42,241 nt of DNA from positions 1 through 42,241 of the IMG/VR virus record IMGVR_UViG_3300037462_000310. The stretch is one strand, 5' to 3'. Within the stretch, counting starts at the first letter, position 1. Each line of letters opens with the position of its first letter. The notes under the pieces were generated by a model. It searched no databases. It saw nothing but the letters and a program-made list of their open reading frames with translations, and was not told the DNA's origin. Below, piece by piece: positions 27,261-35,928 of this stretch. The stretch comes from a virus. Its lineage: Duplodnaviria > Caudoviricetes. Both the position numbers and the translations under genes were made by a program.

Positions 27261-28183
27261 CAGAAGCTCCTCAGGAAGGCCGCGGTACGCGGCATGAAGC
27301 CCTGAACCTTGGCCGCCACCACGTCGCGGTAGCGCCAGGCCACATAGGCCGTGAACAGACAGGCGGCGGCCAGGATCAACCATTCCGCGCCAGGCGGCAG
27401 GCCCGCCGCATCGAAGCTGTCCGTCGCGGACCCGGCCCCGGCTGCGGCAGGCGCAGCTGCGGCAGTCTTCGACTTCGAGGACGCATCGAGACGGCGCTGC
27501 AGAGTAGACAAGGTGGCGCGGCCGATGATCCCGTCGGCCTTCAGATCGTGGTCGGCCTGGAAGGTGACGGCTGCCGACATGATCACGCCGTCGGTATCCG
27601 GTCCGGGGTCGTAGCCCAGCTTGCGGAATCCGTCGCGGATGCGGCTGATCTCGTCTCCGTCCAAGGCCAAACCCCAGCGCGCAAGCGCCGATTCCGGACG
27701 GGCGGATTTCTTCAGGACCAAGGGTGCGTTGACGCCGATGTAGCGGCCTTCCAGCAGCATGAAGGCCTCTTCCTCGCGGCGGCGCTTCAGACCGGGCAGC
27801 ACACGTCCACCCCCTTTGTTCCAGGCCAGAAGCCCGGCCTTGATCAGTGCGTCCTCGGCTTTGCCGCGCCAGCGTTTCACCCAGGTCGCCTTGTGGATGG
27901 CGCCGGTGTTGAAATCGAAGCTCGCGCCTGCATCGAACTCGTGCTGAGCCGCACCTGGCATCGCCTTCGCAACCCGAGGTTCGTAGTTGCGGTGCAGCGC
28001 CTGGCGCAGCAGGCGGCTTGCCTCCTGCCTGGAAATGACCATGCCCGGCTGGACTTTGACCACGCCCGAGGCAGACGTAAGTCCCGCGCCGATGGTCCAG
28101 ATGCCCGCCGGGCAGCGGTATGCCTTCAGCACAACGCCCTCGTGGGCTTCCAGGAAAGCAAGTCCCTTGTCGCTCAGCTGCAT
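27260..28183 (-). CDS. Endolysin: GH24 lysozyme + peptidoglycan-binding domain + C-terminal TM
   Basis: HEG...AYRCPAGIWTIGAG, FNTG, GLKRRREEE; FQADHDLKADGIIGRAT. Confidence 0.92.
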   Translation of the reverse strand: MQLSDKGLAFLEAHEGVVLKAYRCPAGIWTIGAGLTSASGVVKVQPGMVISRQEASRLLRQALHRNYEPRVAKAMPGAAQHEFDAGASFDFNTGAIHKATWVKRWRGKAEDALIKAGLLAWNKGGGRVLPGLKRRREEEAFMLLEGRYIGVNAPLVLKKSARPESALARWGLALDGDEISRIRDGFRKLGYDPGPDTDGVIMSAAVTFQADHDLKADGIIGRATLSTLQRRLDASSKSKTAAAAPAAAGAGSATDSFDAAGLPPGAEWLILAAACLFTAYVAWRYRDVVAAKVQGFMPRTAAFLRSF

Positions 28184-28264
28184 GGCATCTCTCCGGCCAG
28201 AGGGGGGATGGCCGGAGAGGACCGGCCTTGCCGGTTCAATGTGCCCGCTGCAATCTGGGAATTT

Positions 28265-28284
28265 CACCTACAACGGTTTGTAGG
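28265..28284. promoter_or_regulatory. Late promoter activator-binding palindrome (lysis operon)
   Basis: CACCTACAACGGTTTGTAGG; arms CCTACAA/TTGTAGG. Confidence 0.78.
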
Positions 28285-28302
28285 GCCTAGCCGCCGAAGG
28301 GC

Positions 28303-28677
28303 TCAGAACAGGTCCGGCTGGCGGGGGTCTCGCTCACGCATCTGGTCGCCCCGAAGGTACGACGTGACGGTCACGTTGCTGACATGCAGTCTGGTGGCGA
28401 TTTTGGCTTCGGGCAAGCCCCGAGATTTCAGGACCTGTGCGATCCACTTCTTGCCGATCGGCAGGCGGCGCGGAAGCGTGGTGCGGGCGGCCAGATCGGC
28501 CAGCGCCTGGGCCTTCTCCATTCCCAGGACGCGGACCAGCTCGGACCGGCCCTTGGGGTCGCGCGGGATGTAAAGGAAGGTGCCGCCGAACGCGAGAAAG
28601 AGCTCGATCGCCGCATCGACGCCAAGCGCCGTGACATAAGGCTCCAGATGCGCGGGGGGCGGCGGGGCTTTGGTCAT
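28303..28677 (-). CDS. Mor/C-like late transcription activator
   Basis: FGGTFLYIP motif, C-terminal HTH; last gene before the lysis module. Confidence 0.82.
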   Translation of the reverse strand: MTKAPPPPAHLEPYVTALGVDAAIELFLAFGGTFLYIPRDPKGRSELVRVLGMEKAQALADLAARTTLPRRLPIGKKWIAQVLKSRGLPEAKIATRLHVSNVTVTSYLRGDQMRERDPRQPDLF

Positions 28678-28910
28678 TCGCGCCCCAGGATGTTGAAGAG
28701 GGCACGATGGTCCGCCTCCAGGCGGGCTTGCCTTGCCAGGGCTGCGTTCAGTTCTTTCTGGACATGGTCCAGCCGCTTGCGGGTCAGCACATGCCGGTCC
28801 AGCTCGGCGGTGAAGGCCTGCTCCAGGACAGTCATGCGGTCGCACAGGGCCAGCAGTGCCGCCTCCTGCGGACGCAGACGGTTCTCATCGGGCTCGACCC
28901 AGGCTTTCAT
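28674..28910 (-). CDS. Hypothetical coiled-coil protein
   Basis: ATGA-coupled on both sides. Confidence 0.7.
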   Translation of the reverse strand: MKAWVEPDENRLRPQEAALLALCDRMTVLEQAFTAELDRHVLTRKRLDHVQKELNAALARQARLEADHRALFNILGRE

Positions 28911-29554
28911 GGCGCGGCTCCGAACTTGCCTGCCTCATTGCCCCACGTCGTCCAACCGGAGCGGTCGGTGCGGCTGAAAAGCTCGAGCTTGCGCGCGTTG
29001 GGCATAAGCTCCTCGCATGCACGGAATGCCTCATCCGGTTTCCGACTATGGCCGAAGGAACGTGCGTCCAGCGTGATGCAGACCCTGGGCCAAAGGTCGG
29101 TGCCCTCGTCGCTGATCTCATAGTGTTCGGTGACGATCTTTCCGACCACCGCCGACCTGGTCCCCCGTGTGGTCTTCGGGCTGCCACGGGTGCCGATCAG
29201 AAAGGGTTCGTTCGACGACCGAAGGATGTATCCCGTGCCAAAGCTGACCTTTCCGTGCGTGGACCGCTTCAACCAGGTCCCGGCCGTCTTGAAGGTAAAA
29301 CCCCAGGCCTTCAGGACATCCAGCGCCTGCGGCAGCTGCGGGTTCACCGCCCAAAGCCACAACAGGCAGTCCGGCGCCGCAAGCGCCTCCACCGGCAGCG
29401 CCTTGATCTCTGCCAGCGGCATGGTCTGGTACTGGCTCTCGGGCGCTTTCTCGTAACCCTTCTCGGACCGCATCTCGTAGGACCAGGGCGGGTCGGCCAT
29501 GATCAGCCCGAAGCCCCCAGCCGGACGGATGGACAGCAGGGGGTGCATGCTCAT
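28907..29554 (-). CDS. MT-A70 family adenine methyltransferase
   Basis: ADPPW, HSRKP, LELFSR, GW..WGNE. Confidence 0.92.
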   Translation of the reverse strand: MSMHPLLSIRPAGGFGLIMADPPWSYEMRSEKGYEKAPESQYQTMPLAEIKALPVEALAAPDCLLWLWAVNPQLPQALDVLKAWGFTFKTAGTWLKRSTHGKVSFGTGYILRSSNEPFLIGTRGSPKTTRGTRSAVVGKIVTEHYEISDEGTDLWPRVCITLDARSFGHSRKPDEAFRACEELMPNARKLELFSRTDRSGWTTWGNEAGKFGAAP

Positions 29555-29817
29555 TCGTCGTGATCCTCGCGGCGGGTGCGGCGGCGGTTCGACCGGCCGC
29601 GTTGGGGAACGGACTTCACCTGAACGCAGCTCACCAGCTTGCCCTCGACCAGGACGTAACGGATGCCGTCCGAGATCGTGGCCACAGCCCCGGCCTCCAT
29701 CGCGGCGTCGACCTTGAAGCCCAGCTCACGCCGCACGGCCTCGACGTCGATGCCCCGCACTCGTTCCAGGTGGCGCAGGACGGCATGGTCAGTGACATGG
29801 ACCATCGGCTTCTTCAC
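29551..29817 (-). CDS. Hypothetical protein (VTDHAVLRHLER motif)
   Basis: Coupled to the gemA stop. Confidence 0.72.
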   Translation of the reverse strand: MKKPMVHVTDHAVLRHLERVRGIDVEAVRRELGFKVDAAMEAGAVATISDGIRYVLVEGKLVSCVQVKSVPQRGRSNRRRTRREDHDE

Positions 29818-30251
29818 AGGTCGATCCCCGCTCTTGCGCACATGCCCTTCAAGGCCTCGATCAGCGTGGCGATCTGGCGGTGGTCTTGCATGGTGTCGAT
29901 GTCGAAGATGGCCGCGCCCCAGCTCTTCTCGAACCGGGCGCGGATGAAGGCGTTCAGCCCCTTGGCCCCGCCCTGAGTGACGGCCCCGGCCTTGTGCAGC
30001 TTGCCCCAAAGGACATGGGCGAACCGGACGTCGGCCCGCTTCGCCGCCGGGCGCTTGGCACGGGACTTCCCGGCATGGGGCTTGAACCCGCGCTCCTTCA
30101 GGGCGGTGACCAGCTTGTTCAGGTCGGCCTCGTCCATGTCGTGCATGGACTCCTTGCCGGTGACGACCAGCTGCAGGTCGCGCCGGGTTTCGCCGTCGAT
30201 CCCCAGCTCGCGGCAGCCGACATGGACAAGCTTCTGCAGGGCGCGGGTCAT
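29814..30251 (-). CDS. gemA: GemA / Mu gp16 (DUF1018) family protein
   Basis: VHVGCRELG, TGKES, LKERGF, LNAFI, LIEALKGM. Confidence 0.88.
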   Translation of the reverse strand: MTRALQKLVHVGCRELGIDGETRRDLQLVVTGKESMHDMDEADLNKLVTALKERGFKPHAGKSRAKRPAAKRADVRFAHVLWGKLHKAGAVTQGGAKGLNAFIRARFEKSWGAAIFDIDTMQDHRQIATLIEALKGMCARAGIDL

Positions 30252-30643
30252 AACTTCCCCGCCGGGGTGCCAGCCTGATAGGCGAGCAGGTGCGCGCGCC
30301 ATCCAGCGCAGGGCATCAGCGGCTTCTGCCCGTTTTCGGGGCGAAGGTAATGAAGGCTTCCGTCCTTCAGTTCGCAGGCCAGGCCCTTGTGGCAGTGGAA
30401 CGGGTGAAGCCGGTCGACAATCGTGGCTTCGATGATCTCGGCCCACTTGTAGCCATCCGCCCTCTCCGGCGAGCCGGGCCGGAAAGCGCAATCGTCGCAA
30501 AGCTGACTGGTCGGATCAACGCGGTGCTCCGGGACGAAAAGCTGACCGCAGGCGCGGCACAAGCAGGCCTCACGGGTCCGATCCGAGAACAGCACCTGGT
30601 TGGACCCGCAAGTGGGACAGGCTTGGGCGAGACGCACGCTCAT
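30248..30643 (-). CDS. Cys-rich zinc-finger protein
   Basis: CPTC, CRAC, CDDCAFRPGSPE, FHCH, CAGW. Confidence 0.75.
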   Translation of the reverse strand: MSVRLAQACPTCGSNQVLFSDRTREACLCRACGQLFVPEHRVDPTSQLCDDCAFRPGSPERADGYKWAEIIEATIVDRLHPFHCHKGLACELKDGSLHYLRPENGQKPLMPCAGWRAHLLAYQAGTPAGKL

Positions 30644-30852
30644 GCCGCCACCACGGCGATCAGAAGCATCGCCACGGACCAGGGCAGGACCGCGAAGCCG
30701 AGGAGCCAGGCGATTTTTGCCTTCCACTTGGCATGGTCCGGCCCTTTATGCTGCTCTTTCTCGACTACAGCAGAGCCAAGAACTACCGCCATGAAGTGGC
30801 TGGCGCACAGGAGGAGGGTGATGGCAACGAAGAGACTGAGCTTGATCATCAT
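30640..30852 (-). CDS. Small two-TM membrane protein
   Basis: Two hydrophobic segments; coupled. Confidence 0.62.
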   Translation of the reverse strand: MMIKLSLFVAITLLLCASHFMAVVLGSAVVEKEQHKGPDHAKWKAKIAWLLGFAVLPWSVAMLLIAVVAA

Positions 30853-31262
30853 GCCGCCACCGCCATTTCCGTCTCGGCGGGGCGAGCCCACTCGATGACG
30901 ACGCCCTGGAAGCCAAGCTTCATCGTCTCGGGGTGGTGGTCGCGCCAGAAGGCCCACATGTCGACGGCGTCGGCGAAGCCGTCCCGGATTGCGAAGGCAT
31001 CGAGGTCGAGGCACGGAATGCCGTCGGTCAAGATCCGGCGGATCGCGCCCTCGATGAAGATGATCTCGATGGTCATGACCATCAGGCAGGGCGTGTCGGG
31101 CAGGATGCGCTTGCAGTGGCTGGTCCGCATCCCGGTGTAGAGCTGCAAAAGCTCGCCCGGGCGGGCATGCCGCCGCAGGCCGTGGGCGCGGATCGTCTGG
31201 GTCTTGATGCCCTGCCTGATGGGTTCCACGAACCGGGGATTAAAGCTGTAGGCCACCATCAC
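30849..31262 (-). CDS. ASCH-domain-like protein
   Basis: F..PIRQGIKTQTIR, LQLYTGMRT, FAIRDGF. Confidence 0.78.
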   Translation of the reverse strand: MMVAYSFNPRFVEPIRQGIKTQTIRAHGLRRHARPGELLQLYTGMRTSHCKRILPDTPCLMVMTIEIIFIEGAIRRILTDGIPCLDLDAFAIRDGFADAVDMWAFWRDHHPETMKLGFQGVVIEWARPAETEMAVAA

Positions 31263-31645
31263 TCACCGCCTTCCTGGCGCTGGATGCGGTCCGGGCATTC
31301 GGGCAGCGATTGCAGGCGCTCTTCGCGGGCGCGGCAGTGTTCCAGGGCCTTCACCGGGTCGCGCAGCCAGGCGGTGCTGACCCGCATCTTGCCGTCCACC
31401 TGGCAGCAGTAGCCGAAGTGGATTGCGACTTGGGGCGCGGACGGCTCGCGGTCCGGCGACTGGGAGATCGGCGCGGCGACGGGCGGCTCGACCACAGGCG
31501 GTGCCGGGGGCGGCGGGGGCGGCGGTTCCACCACGACGGGCGGGTCTTTCTTGACTGGCGGTTCGCACTCGCCGTTGCCACAGGCCAGGGCGGGCGCGGC
31601 CAGGAAGGCCAGGGCGAGGATGGGGACGATCGGGGAACGGGTCAT
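31259..31645 (-). CDS. Secreted proline-rich, Cys-containing protein
   Basis: Signal peptide (APALA), poly-Pro tract, strong RBS. Confidence 0.7.
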   Translation of the reverse strand: MTRSPIVPILALAFLAAPALACGNGECEPPVKKDPPVVVEPPPPPPPAPPVVEPPVAAPISQSPDREPSAPQVAIHFGYCCQVDGKMRVSTAWLRDPVKALEHCRAREERLQSLPECPDRIQRQEGGE

Positions 31646-31700
31646 GTCTGTCTCCTGCGGGGGAAAGCGGCCCCGGCCACGCGGCCGGGGCCTGTGGCGA

Positions 31701-31922
31701 TCAGTTGCTGGCGTCGAAGCAGGTCCAGACGACACGCGGGTGGCCTTCGACCGGGTTCTGTTCCCGGTCTTCCAGGGTCAGCGCCTCGAACTGCGCCTCA
31801 AGGCGCTGGCCCGCAGTCTCGCAGGCCTCGGTGGTTTCGTAGGGCAACTGGACGGTGCCACCCTCGCCGTTCGTTTTCAGAAGGGCGATGAGGAGAGCGG
31901 TGGCGATTGCAGAAGCGTTCAT
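31701..31922 (-). CDS. Small hypothetical exported protein
   Basis: RBS AAGGA, hydrophobic N-terminus, two Cys. Confidence 0.65.
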   Translation of the reverse strand: MNASAIATALLIALLKTNGEGGTVQLPYETTEACETAGQRLEAQFEALTLEDREQNPVEGHPRVVWTCFDASN

Positions 31923-32041
31923 GTGAAAGGTCCTTTAAGCTGGTGTTGAAGGTTGGATTTGGCCGGGTTCGTTCCGCGCAGGCCGGCCACCTGCCTTCAC
32001 CGCCGCGCCCCGGGTACCAGCCAGGGCGCGGCGGAGCTTTT

Positions 32042-32314
32042 TCAGGCCTTGGGTTTCGCGGCCTTGAAGGTGAGGACATCCTTTGCGGCGACTTCGACCG
32101 GCATTCCGGTGCGCAGGTTCCGCGCGGTGCGGGCGGGCTTGTGCTTGACCTCGAAGGTGCCGAAGCCCCGGATGATCAGCTTGTTCTCCTTGGCCCACAT
32201 GGCGATGCCTTCCAGCACTGCCTCCACCGCCTTTCCGGCTTCGGCGTCGGTGGTGTCGAGGCGATGCGCCACGTTCTTGATCAGGTCGGTCTTCGATGCT
32301 TGCGGAGCAGACAT
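32042..32314 (-). CDS. HU family DNA-binding protein
   Basis: IRGFGTFEV, ARTARNLRTG, LTFKA. Confidence 0.93.
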   Translation of the reverse strand: MSAPQASKTDLIKNVAHRLDTTDAEAGKAVEAVLEGIAMWAKENKLIIRGFGTFEVKHKPARTARNLRTGMPVEVAAKDVLTFKAAKPKA

Positions 32315-32386
32315 TGCAGTTCCTCGTGATGGTCGCGCCGGGGGCGCGGGGTGAACCCGGGCAGAACAGCCCGCCCGGGAAAGGGA

Positions 32387-32524
32387 TCAACGGATGAAGA
32401 CGTCCAACTGGACGCCCGCGATCAGAAGGACGACGCCCAGGCCGATGGCCGCGAGGGGCAGGTTCCGGACGCCCACGAAGGCACCGGCTGCGAACCCGGT
32501 GGCGAGAAGGAGCCAGTCATCCAT
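32387..32524 (-). CDS. 45-aa hydrophobic membrane peptide (not in ORF track)
   Basis: MDDWLLLATGFAAGAFVGVRNLPLAAIGLGVVLLIAGVQLDVFIR; starts 3 bp after the upstream stop. Confidence 0.6.
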   Translation of the reverse strand: MDDWLLLATGFAAGAFVGVRNLPLAAIGLGVVLLIAGVQLDVFIR

Positions 32525-32527
32525 CCT

Positions 32528-32797
32528 TCAAGCCTCCTCGACCAATCGGATGCCTGGAAGCTCGAGGCGGACTACTCCACTGGCCCGGAAAGCAATTGGC
32601 TTCCGACCTACGACGATCCGTTCGCCGCGCTCGGCGGACGCTTTGGTGATGAGCCGCCCCCCCCCGATAAGGCTGCCTGTGTTCACTGCAGCGCAGGCTG
32701 CAGCAAAATCGGCAAACTCGGTCTCGACGAACTCGAAGGGAAAGTCCCGCAGCTGGGCTTCCGGCGCAAACCAGACTTGGATGACACAACCAGCCAT
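32528..32797 (-). CDS. Hypothetical protein (89 aa)
   Basis: Starts 4 bp after the DUF3164 stop. Confidence 0.68.
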   Translation of the reverse strand: MAGCVIQVWFAPEAQLRDFPFEFVETEFADFAAACAAVNTGSLIGGGRLITKASAERGERIVVGRKPIAFRASGVVRLELPGIRLVEEA

Positions 32798-32801
32798 CGC
32801 C

Positions 32802-33455
32802 CTACACCTTCGCCAGGTCGATGCTGACGGCCTGCCACTGCCCGTCGAAGCTCTCGCGGCGGTAGCAGCGGACATAGGTCTTGGACCCGACCACCCGCAT
32901 TGCATCGCGGATGGCCTTCATGGCGCGCAGCCAGCGCTCGTCCTCGATCTCCAGCCGGAGAAGCATGAAGATCTCCGACCGGTTGATCTGGCCTTCCTTG
33001 TCGGTGTTGAACGCGCGGGTCACGATGGCGCGGATCTCGTCGCGCGCACCCGCCGCCCATTCGTTCAGGCACTCGTCGATCAAGGACTTCGCCGTCTGCA
33101 GCTCGGGGCCGAAGACGATGTTGTCGGCGACCTGTACCTGCACCTTGAAGAGCCCGTCGAAGGACATCAGGGTCTTGTTGCCCTTCTGCCCGCCGACGGT
33201 GGCGTCGTACTCCTGCGCCAGCAGCGCCTCGAAGCCGCCGATGTCGTCGAAGGTGTGGGCCTTGAACCGCGCGACCTGGTCGGACAGGGCGATGGCATAG
33301 CCCATGATCTTGCGCACGACCTCGTCCTGCAGCTGGTCCTGCGCCTTGACCATCGTCAGGGGCACCAGGGCGCCCTTGGCATCGCGCATGTGTGGGGTGC
33401 CGCCGACGTCGACGATGCGGTCGGGGATCGGGGCGGGATCGAACTCACTGGCCAT
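32802..33455 (-). CDS. DUF3164 family protein
   Basis: DAKGALVP, GGQKGNKTL.SFDG, AK.LIDECL..W, SKTYVRCY. Confidence 0.9.
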   Translation of the reverse strand: MASEFDPAPIPDRIVDVGGTPHMRDAKGALVPLTMVKAQDQLQDEVVRKIMGYAIALSDQVARFKAHTFDDIGGFEALLAQEYDATVGGQKGNKTLMSFDGLFKVQVQVADNIVFGPELQTAKSLIDECLNEWAAGARDEIRAIVTRAFNTDKEGQINRSEIFMLLRLEIEDERWLRAMKAIRDAMRVVGSKTYVRCYRRESFDGQWQAVSIDLAKV

Positions 33456-33675
33456 CTGCGGCCTCCTCTTTGACAGTGAAAATCAGCCGCGCGGGCGGGT
33501 CTTCGCCCGGCGGGATGGCGATCAGGCCGAAGGCGAGGAGCGTCCCGGTCATGGCCGCGATCTCGTCGACGGACAGAAGCGTGATGGCCCGCACGTCGTC
33601 TCGGCAGACCTTGCCGACGGCCCGGGACGCGGTTTCCAGCATCTCGCGTTCAGTGAAGGGGCGGACCTCAGCCAT
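33445..33675 (-). CDS. Hypothetical protein (76 aa)
   Basis: Overlapping, codirectional, with RBS. Confidence 0.72.
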   Translation of the reverse strand: MAEVRPFTEREMLETASRAVGKVCRDDVRAITLLSVDEIAAMTGTLLAFGLIAIPPGEDPPARLIFTVKEEAADGQ

Positions 33676-34189
33676 TGACCGCCTCCAGCTGCTCGATGAA
33701 GGACAACGCGACCTTGCGGGCCTCGGCGTCGGTCATCTGCTCGTCGCGCAGCACCTGGGCGGCGGCGAGCAGTTGCCAGGGCTTGGCAGATGGGGCATCG
33801 CCCAGAGCCTCTTCATGCGCCAGTGCGATGACCTGACGGAGCAGCGCGGCCAGCTGGTCGGCATAAAGGCGTTCGCGTGACAGACGTTGCTCGATCTTGG
33901 CAACAGCCTCGTGGACCGTCGCCATATCCCGGCCACCCAGGAAGCGACCGATCAGCGTGTAGGACGCAGTCGGATCGATCCGGCGGATGAGGAACATCAG
34001 CTCGTGGCGATGGCCGGTGACGGCGCTTGTCTGGCTCTTGCCCACCAGGTCCTCGACGGTGAAGCCTGAGAGCTTGGCATAGGCACGGATAATCGCGTCG
34101 ATTGGGGGCCGGGCGGGGACTTGGATGCGCAGCACTTCGTCCGCTGTGTAGATCTCGTTCCGGGCCGCTTTCTGCATCATGGGGTTCAT
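33668..34189 (-). CDS. DnaA C-terminal (domain IV)-like HTH protein
   Basis: EDLVGKSQ...RHELMFLIR...SYTLIGRFLGGRDMATV. Confidence 0.82.
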   Translation of the reverse strand: MNPMMQKAARNEIYTADEVLRIQVPARPPIDAIIRAYAKLSGFTVEDLVGKSQTSAVTGHRHELMFLIRRIDPTASYTLIGRFLGGRDMATVHEAVAKIEQRLSRERLYADQLAALLRQVIALAHEEALGDAPSAKPWQLLAAAQVLRDEQMTDAEARKVALSFIEQLEAVNG

Positions 34190-34557
34190 GCCTCGCCCTC
34201 CTTCAGGAAGACCGGGCACTTGCGGCAGGCCCGGAACATGCGGGTGCGGGTCGGATTGCCGGGGGCGAAGACCTTCGCCTTCTCCCGCCAGTCCTGGCAT
34301 TCGTGGCTGGGCAGCTGGCCCATGCCAGGGCAGTCGATCCGGCCGTTCATCAGGATGCCTCGCACCCGCTCTTCGATCCGCTCGTAGGACCCGGCGTACT
34401 TCTTGCGCAGGACGGTCGAGACGACGGCGGGCGACCGGTCCAGCTGGGCCGCGACCTTCGATTGGCTCGACCGTTCGCAGGCCTGTGCCAGCGACTTGAT
34501 CCAGTCCGGCAGGGGTGCACCCCAGGCTTCCTCGGCCGTGGTCATGAGATCGCTCAT
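34186..34557 (-). CDS. HTH DNA-binding protein with Cys motif
   Basis: SQSKVAAQLDRSPAVVSTVL..KY; CPGMG...C...CRKC. Confidence 0.78.
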   Translation of the reverse strand: MSDLMTTAEEAWGAPLPDWIKSLAQACERSSQSKVAAQLDRSPAVVSTVLRKKYAGSYERIEERVRGILMNGRIDCPGMGQLPSHECQDWREKAKVFAPGNPTRTRMFRACRKCPVFLKEGEA

Positions 34558-35099
34558 GCCCCACCCCCGATCAGGATCGTCTGTTCGGTGTTGGCGTCGA
34601 CCAGTGCTCGTACCCGCTTCTCGCGCGGGGCGCGCGGGCCCGTGTTCTTGGTCAGCCGGTAGATCGCTTCGGTCTTGCCGGGAATGGCCTTCCGCGCGAC
34701 AGCCAGGTAGCCGCCCCCCATCAGGGCGCGGCAATACTCCTGCGCCGCCTCCAACGTGACTGCGGTCTCTTCCGTCGCGGCATGGGCCGCAAGGTCACGC
34801 GGCGTGAAGCTCTTCAGCTGCCGCATGGCCGTCCACATGTTCTGCTCGGGACTGCGCGCCTTCGCGGCCAGGGCGAACTTCGCCCCCGGCTTCACCCGCC
34901 AGATCGTCCGGATCATGTGGCCGGACTGGACCAGCTCCACCAAGTCCTTCTCCAGCCAGCCGCGCACAGTCTTGCTGACCCAGCGTTCGGACATCTGGAC
35001 CTTGATCGCGATCTCGGCGTGACCGAACTGCGGCAGGCTGGCCGCGTAGGCGAAGGCCGATTCCGCGACGGCCTGCATGTTCTCGGGGGCAAGCCTCAT
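34554..35099 (-). CDS. Winged-helix-like protein downstream of MuB
   Basis: MWTAMRQLKSF, Y..AL...GYL, TGPRAP. Confidence 0.75.
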   Translation of the reverse strand: MRLAPENMQAVAESAFAYAASLPQFGHAEIAIKVQMSERWVSKTVRGWLEKDLVELVQSGHMIRTIWRVKPGAKFALAAKARSPEQNMWTAMRQLKSFTPRDLAAHAATEETAVTLEAAQEYCRALMGGGYLAVARKAIPGKTEAIYRLTKNTGPRAPREKRVRALVDANTEQTILIGGGA

Positions 35100-35869
35100 G
35101 CCACGGCCCTCCCGCGGCGGGTCAGCGCGGGCACCGCACCGCGACGCAGGGTCGGCGGTTCGCCCGTGTGGAAGGTGCCGGTCCAGTCGGCAACGGTCAC
35201 CCGGCGCAGGTCGCGCGCGGCGGCGAACTCGGCGATCGAGGCGAGGTTGGTCGAGATGTACCGCATCGACGCCTGCGAAGCGGTCAGCAGCTTCTGGCGC
35301 AGCTCTGGGACGATCTCGACACCGGGGGCGTAGACCGTCACCAGGTGGCCGACGTCGTCGATCGTGGCGTCCTCGGCCTCAACCCAGGCCAGCATGCGGC
35401 CGTGGACCCGCTCCCAGGCTTGCAGACGCTGCGGCAGCAGCTCTTCACCCATCAGGATCACCGGAGCGCCGGACTTGTCGTGCAGGTGCCGGACCGCTTC
35501 GATGGTCTTTGTCGACAGGATGTGATCCGCCTCGTCGATGATCAGCGGCCGACCGGTGACAGCCAATTCCTGCGCGGCCTGATCGAACAGATCCGGGATC
35601 AGCCGCTTCGGCCGCAGACCCAGTTCGGTCACGATCATCTCGAGGAGCTTCTTCAGCCCGCCGAACGGCAGTGCCTCGACGTGGCAGGCGTTCATCGTGT
35701 TGGTGCAGTAGATCCCGGCGGTCGTCTTCCCGCGACCCGCCTTGCCGTAGAAGCAGCCCAGGCCCGGAAGGCCCGGACCCCGGTTCTGCGCACGGTCCAC
35801 CAGCGCCACCAAGCGCGTGACGTTCGCCAGAGGCGCGACCGTGTTGTAAAGTTCCCCTTTGTCTGTCAC
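35096..35869 (-). CDS. MuB-like AAA+ transposition ATPase
   Basis: Walker A GKAGRGKT, Walker B LIIDEAD; GTG start with AGGAG RBS. Confidence 0.93.
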   Translation of the reverse strand: MTDKGELYNTVAPLANVTRLVALVDRAQNRGPGLPGLGCFYGKAGRGKTTAGIYCTNTMNACHVEALPFGGLKKLLEMIVTELGLRPKRLIPDLFDQAAQELAVTGRPLIIDEADHILSTKTIEAVRHLHDKSGAPVILMGEELLPQRLQAWERVHGRMLAWVEAEDATIDDVGHLVTVYAPGVEIVPELRQKLLTASQASMRYISTNLASIAEFAAARDLRRVTVADWTGTFHTGEPPTLRRGAVPALTRRGRAVA

Positions 35870-35928
35870 TTTCTTCTCCTGCTCACTACCGCCGCCGTGG
35901 GGTCTTTCCCGCCCCCGGCGGCATCCCC

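Noticed and set aside
27071-28573. Long plus-strand ORFs (this 500-aa one; also 15822-16994, 20051-21208, 35168-36454 and others)
   Set aside because: Antisense shadows of well-supported minus-strand genes in high-GC DNA; no motifs
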